Both the position numbers and the translations under genes were made by a program. 64,000 nucleotides of DNA from Campylobacterales bacterium (lineage in GTDB: Bacteria; Campylobacterota; Campylobacteria; Campylobacterales; Sulfurospirillaceae). Every line of letters starts with the position of its first letter. Positions within the stretch are counted from its first letter, which is position 1. The notes beneath the pieces are model-generated. The model saw nothing but the letters and a program-made list of their open reading frames with translations. It did not search any database and was not told the DNA's origin. The DNA lies in contig JAJRPV010000014.1 in assembly GCA_024280575.1 (NCBI GenBank), positions 49,593 to 113,592 of the forward strand, in the 5' to 3' direction. Positions 59,779 to 64,000 of this stretch are shown here, in pieces.

Positions 59779-60546
59779 TTATATACCTACTATTTTAAAA
59801 AAACTACTACCGCTTCCGCTGAAAAACCAATTTTCTTTTCTGTAATTTTCTAAATTTTTTTCTATTTTTAATGCCGGCTTCAACAAATCATTTAATTCTA
59901 AATCCCTGTATGTTTTCACTAACTCTTCACTTTTTGTTTTTGACATATTTTGGGCTAAATTTATATCAGTTTTATAATTTTGCCTAAATGCCCTGTAAAT
60001 TGCACCCGTATCGCATTTTATATCCGGGGTAACAACCTCTACATGTAGGGCTTTTTCTTCAAATCTTTCCACTATTTCTCCGATACCTGATACATTTGCA
60101 CTCTCATAATTATATATAAAAAAAGGCACATCAGCCCCTACATCAAGCCCTATATCTGCCAATTCTGCGTCAGTCAGATTTAGATTAGCTTCCTGATTTA
60201 CCATATGCAAAAACGAAGCTGCATCGCTGCTTCCTCCGCCAAGGCCTGCAAAAGAAGGGATATTTTTCTCTACTCGTAGGGCTTTTTCTTCAAATAATTT
60301 ACAAACTTGTTCTTTAAAGCCGGCTTTTTTCAAGGCTTCATAAGCCTTATATATTGTATTTTGGGAAAGATGACAACCAAAATCTCCATTTAATTCAAAC
60401 TCATCATCACTTTTCTTTTCTGTGAAACAAAGCTCGTCAAAAAGATTTTTAACCAAGATAAATCTAGATATTATCTCGTGATAATTTCCTCTAACTCCAA
60501 CTATCTTTAAAAAAATATTTACTTTAGAATAAGCCTTGTATTTCAT
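59779..60546 (-). CDS. ispE: 4-diphosphocytidyl-2-C-methyl-D-erythritol kinase
   Basis: KVNIFLKI, KNIPSFAGLGGGSSDAA, GADVPFF, SGSGS. Confidence 0.95.
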   Translation of the reverse strand: MKYKAYSKVNIFLKIVGVRGNYHEIISRFILVKNLFDELCFTEKKSDDEFELNGDFGCHLSQNTIYKAYEALKKAGFKEQVCKLFEEKALRVEKNIPSFAGLGGGSSDAASFLHMVNQEANLNLTDAELADIGLDVGADVPFFIYNYESANVSGIGEIVERFEEKALHVEVVTPDIKCDTGAIYRAFRQNYKTDINLAQNMSKTKSEELVKTYRDLELNDLLKPALKIEKNLENYRKENWFFSGSGSSFFKIVGI

Positions 60547-60773
60547 TTTTTAAGTTTTTCGCTAAGAGAACTCAAATCTTCAAAGCTTGCACTTTTTACA
60601 GCTTTTATATTCATATCTTTAACTGCTTCTTCCAACTCTTTTCTCAAAATCAACATCTCTTTTGGAGCGTCAATTCCAATTCTCACCATACCCTTTGAAA
60701 TATCCATAACCTTTATAGTTATTTTGTCATCCAAAAGTATAGATTCCCCTACTTTTCTTGATAATACTAGCAC
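60543..60773 (-). CDS. csrA: Carbon storage regulator CsrA
   Basis: MLVLSRKVGESI, VRIGIDAPK...ILRKEL. Confidence 0.96.
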   Translation of the reverse strand: MLVLSRKVGESILLDDKITIKVMDISKGMVRIGIDAPKEMLILRKELEEAVKDMNIKAVKSASFEDLSSLSEKLKK

Positions 60774-61588
60774 AGCTTTACCTTATTTAACAGATATTTT
60801 ACCTCATCATCACCTATCTCTATAATGGCTAGATATTTTTCATCCACTAGCTTATAGATACCATTTTCTTTTCTTTCAAAATTGTTTTTATCTAATTTTC
60901 TTCCAAGCTCTATGTCGTCATTTTCACCTAAATAAATATTGTCTTCTATCTTCAAATAATCCAATGGATTTAGAACTTCTTCATTATTATATACAAAATC
61001 GCCTTCACTAAGTCTCTCCAGAGAGCTTAAAATTACGTCAAATCCTAATTTTTCAGCAAAAAGACTTCCGATACTTCTGACATAACCACCCTCGCTAATA
61101 CCTAATTCAAAAGTTAAAAAAGGGTGCATATAGTGAAGAATTTTGAAATCATAAATAGTGCTTTTAATCTTTTTGAGTTCAAACTCCTCGCCGTCTCTTG
61201 CTAATTTATAAGCTCTTTTACCATCAACTCTTTTTGCACTGTATTTTGGCGGTAGATACTCTATCTCTCCTAAAAAACTTTTAGCTATTATGTTTATAGA
61301 GTCTTTTGAAAACGGTGCAAGAGTTTTTACACTCTCTATCTTTTCAGTGTCTAAGGTAGGGCTGTATGCACCTATCCATAAAGTAGCTCTGTATCTTTTT
61401 GGCTCTTTTTTTAAAAATCTAAATAACTTCGTAAACTGCCCAAAAGCCACGATCAAAACTCCACTCGCAAAAGGATCAAGCGTACCGGAAAATCCCGCTT
61501 TTTTAACCTCGTATCTTCTTTTAATCTTTCTCAAAAAATAATTTGAAGATAATCCCTTTGGCTTGTATGCGACAAAAAGTTTATTCAT
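60767..61588 (-). CDS. truB: tRNA pseudouridine(55) synthase
   Basis: KAGFSGTLDPFASGVL, PPKYSAK, GGYVRS. Confidence 0.96.
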   Translation of the reverse strand: MNKLFVAYKPKGLSSNYFLRKIKRRYEVKKAGFSGTLDPFASGVLIVAFGQFTKLFRFLKKEPKRYRATLWIGAYSPTLDTEKIESVKTLAPFSKDSINIIAKSFLGEIEYLPPKYSAKRVDGKRAYKLARDGEEFELKKIKSTIYDFKILHYMHPFLTFELGISEGGYVRSIGSLFAEKLGFDVILSSLERLSEGDFVYNNEEVLNPLDYLKIEDNIYLGENDDIELGRKLDKNNFERKENGIYKLVDEKYLAIIEIGDDEVKYLLNKVKLC

Positions 61589-63627
61589 ATTTTCTCAACA
61601 AATGAAGCCAAAATATCTCTCTTGGTTCCACTAAAATTAATCTTTAGTTTAAATTCTCTTTTTACCTTGCTTATCTCAAAAACTCTTCCGATTCCAAAGA
61701 TTTTATGCTTAACCAAATCACCCTTTTTGTATGAAGTTGTTTTTTCAAGTATCAAACTTCCCTTGCAAACTCCAGCCTCTTTTAAAAATCTGCTTTTTTT
61801 AAGCTCCGCTCTTCGACCTTTATAAAATCTACTTTGTACGGAACTTAGAGTTAACTCTCTTTTTGCTCTTGTGATTGCCACATATCCGAGCCTTCTCTCC
61901 TCTTCTATATCGCTTCCATCTCCGATTAATGGGAAAAATCCCTCTTCTAAACCAATCACAAAAAGGTATTCAAATTCTAAACCTTTACTTGCATGTACGC
62001 TCATGATAGAAATATGCTCATTGTCTATCTGATCCTGATCACTTTGAAGTGCTAAATCATTTAAAAAATCCTCCACTCCTGCATCAGTATTTTGTTTTAT
62101 AAAATCTCTATAAAGTCCGTAAAATTCATCTATATTAGAGACTCGGTCAAGTGCATCAGGAAGCATATCGTAATGCTCTCTTATCTTGAAAGCACTTTCT
62201 AATTCAAAGATAAAATCATAAGCTTTATTAGAATTTAACTCTTTTAGTTTCTGGATATTGCTAACAAATTCTTCCAAAGCTAAAAAACCTTTTTTGCTTG
62301 TCATATTTTTAACTTCATCAACATTTGTTGTTATGTATTCATACATAGATATTTTATTTTGATAAGCTGCTTTTAAGATTTTATCTACGGTTACACTTCC
62401 TAAGCCTCTTTTTGGCTTGTTTATTATCCTTTTCATGGAAAAATCATCATGCTCATTAGCTATGATTCGAAGATAACTGATAAGATCTTTTATCTCTGCT
62501 CTTTCGTAAAATTTTACTCCGCCTACCATATTGTAAGAGATACCTTCTTTGTTTAAACCTTCTTCAAGTGAACGGCTAAGTGCATTGATTCTATACAATA
62601 CAGCTATGTTTTTTGAATCACCTCCGCTATCGATTAATTTTTTTATTTTTCTTGCTATGGCTTGTGATTCATAGTTTTCATCATGAGATTCTAAAAATTC
62701 TATCTCTTTTCCATCTCCAAAAACACTAACTAAATTTTTTCCTATTCTTTACCTATTGTGATCTATTAAATCATTTGCTGCTTTTAGAATTTGACTGGTT
62801 GATCTATAATTTTTTTCCAACTTTGTAACTTTTACATGATCAAATGAGTTATGGAATTCTAAAATATTTTTTATATTTGCCCCACGCCAACCGTAGATAC
62901 TTTGATCATCATCACCAACAACACAAAGATTTTCATGGGTCAAGCAGAGTTTTCTCAAAAGCATTGACTGAAGTTCATTTGTATCTTGGTATTCATCTAC
63001 CATTATATATTTGTATCTTTCACTTGTTTCGGCACATAATTTTTCATCAAAATCAAGTATTTTATATGTTAGCACCAAAAGATCATCAAAATCCACAAGA
63101 TTATTGCTAGCTATATAATTTTCATATTGCTCATACAATTTTGCTATCGCTTTATAGTCTTTTTTTTCAGCTTTTTTAAAAACTTCTTCCGGCGAAATAA
63201 GGGAATTCTTATATCTTGATATTTCACTTGCCACCAAAGAGATAGGCATATCTACACCAAAACTTTTAATAATTCTCTTTTTATCATCTGTATCAATTAC
63301 GACAAAACCATTACTTCTACCGAGCTTATTGATATTAAATTTTAAAAAAAGCAGTCCAAATTTATGAAAGGTGCAAAGAAGCGGAGGATACCTGACATCC
63401 CCTATCATAGAACGTGCACGATCTCTCATCTCGCTCGCTGCTTTGTTTGTAAAAGTTAAAGTTAATATACTAGAGGGGTCAATTCCCAAAGATATAAGAT
63501 AAGCGACTCTAGTGGTTATAGTCTTGGTCTTTCCACTTCCTGCTCCTGCTAGTATCAATAAAGGACCATCTATATGCTTGGCAGCTTCTTTTTGGTTTTC
63601 ATTTAATTCACTTAATATTTTATCCAT
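61585..63627 (-). pseudogene. uvrD: UvrD/PcrA helicase with in-frame TAA at 62749-62751
   Basis: AGAGSGKT, VDEYQDTN, NYRS; the frame continues HNR*RIGKNL into YRINALSR, HASKGLEF, EEERRLGYVAITRA. Confidence 0.9.
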
Positions 63628-63763
63628 TCTGTACTTTCTTAGTATAATTTGTTTCTATTATATCAAAAATTATATAAATCTTACAAATTTTACACAAAAT
63701 GCTATTGTATAAATTATCATTTTTAGTTATAATTTAAAAAATATGAACTTGTTAGGAGAATTT

Positions 63764-64000
63764 ATGTTAAAGGATTTTACAAAAATTGAAACTTTTTTAA
63801 CTGTTGTTAGAGAAAAAAGTTTTTCAAAAGCATCAAAAAAACTTGGCATCAGCCAGCCTGCTGTTACTCAACAAATAAAACTTTTGGAAGACTATATAGA
63901 AGATAAGATAGTGGACAGAAAGAAAAATGGTATAAGACTCACTAAAACCGGGGAAGAATTTCATAAAATTGCTCTTAAGCTAGACAAGTGTATTAATAGT
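63764..64000 (+). CDS. LysR-family transcriptional regulator, partial (runs off the right edge)
   Basis: SD AGGAG; MLKDFTKIETFLTVVREKSFSKASKKLGISQPAVTQQIKLLE HTH. Confidence 0.92.
   Translation, partial: MLKDFTKIETFLTVVREKSFSKASKKLGISQPAVTQQIKLLEDYIEDKIVDRKKNGIRLTKTGEEFHKIALKLDKCINS

Noticed and set aside
8243-62751. Genome-wide reassignment of TAA/TAG to Glu
   Set aside because: Most conserved genes here (rpmB, argJ, glgB, metK, csrA) end at TAA/TAG at normal lengths and use ordinary GAA/GAG; seven internal stops are far too few and co-occur with frameshifts.
8243-62751. Selenocysteine or pyrrolysine recoding
   Set aside because: No in-frame TGA; the TAG sites are not catalytic positions; no sel or pyl genes in the window.
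2217-63712. Numerous 60-190 aa ORFs antisense to or nested in long genes (e.g. 5912-6388, 33494-34060, 57397-57825)
   Set aside because: Shadow ORFs of well-supported genes with no recognisable motifs or ribosome-binding sites.

Overview
AT-rich chromosomal segment of a free-living Campylobacterota (Epsilonproteobacteria) bacterium, probably Sulfurospirillum/Sulfurimonas-like. This is inferred from gene order (folC-M23-bactofilin-mfd, yajC-secD-secF-DUF6394-leuS-lptE, csrA-truB, HDOD-rpmB) and TGnTATAAT promoters. It contains (i) a ~16.6 kb glycogen/alpha-glucan cluster (4442-21059) with two GlgA paralogues, GlgB, GlgP, two GH57 enzymes, a GalT-like enzyme, a ROK kinase and Pgi, but no canonical GlgC; (ii) a Wzy-type exopolysaccharide locus (21149-32756) that appears to have lost its glycosyltransferase core at a visible fusion junction; (iii) housekeeping and proteostasis genes to the right end. 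No rRNA, tRNA, transposase, integrase or CRISPR array was recognised. The most unusual signals are non-coding. One is a four-copy two-hairpin cassette with covarying stems, sitting directly on the ribosome-binding sites of two glycogen genes; one copy is also a 26-codon bridging ORF. Another is a five-copy ATGGAAAACA array forming Met-rich uORFs in the metK leader. A third is a perfect 27-bp inverted repeat after mfd. The window also carries 7 in-frame TAA/TAG stops, 5 single-base frameshifts and point lesions compatible with G:C->T:A changes. These could be consensus errors rather than biology, so every 'pseudogene' call needs read-level confirmation.
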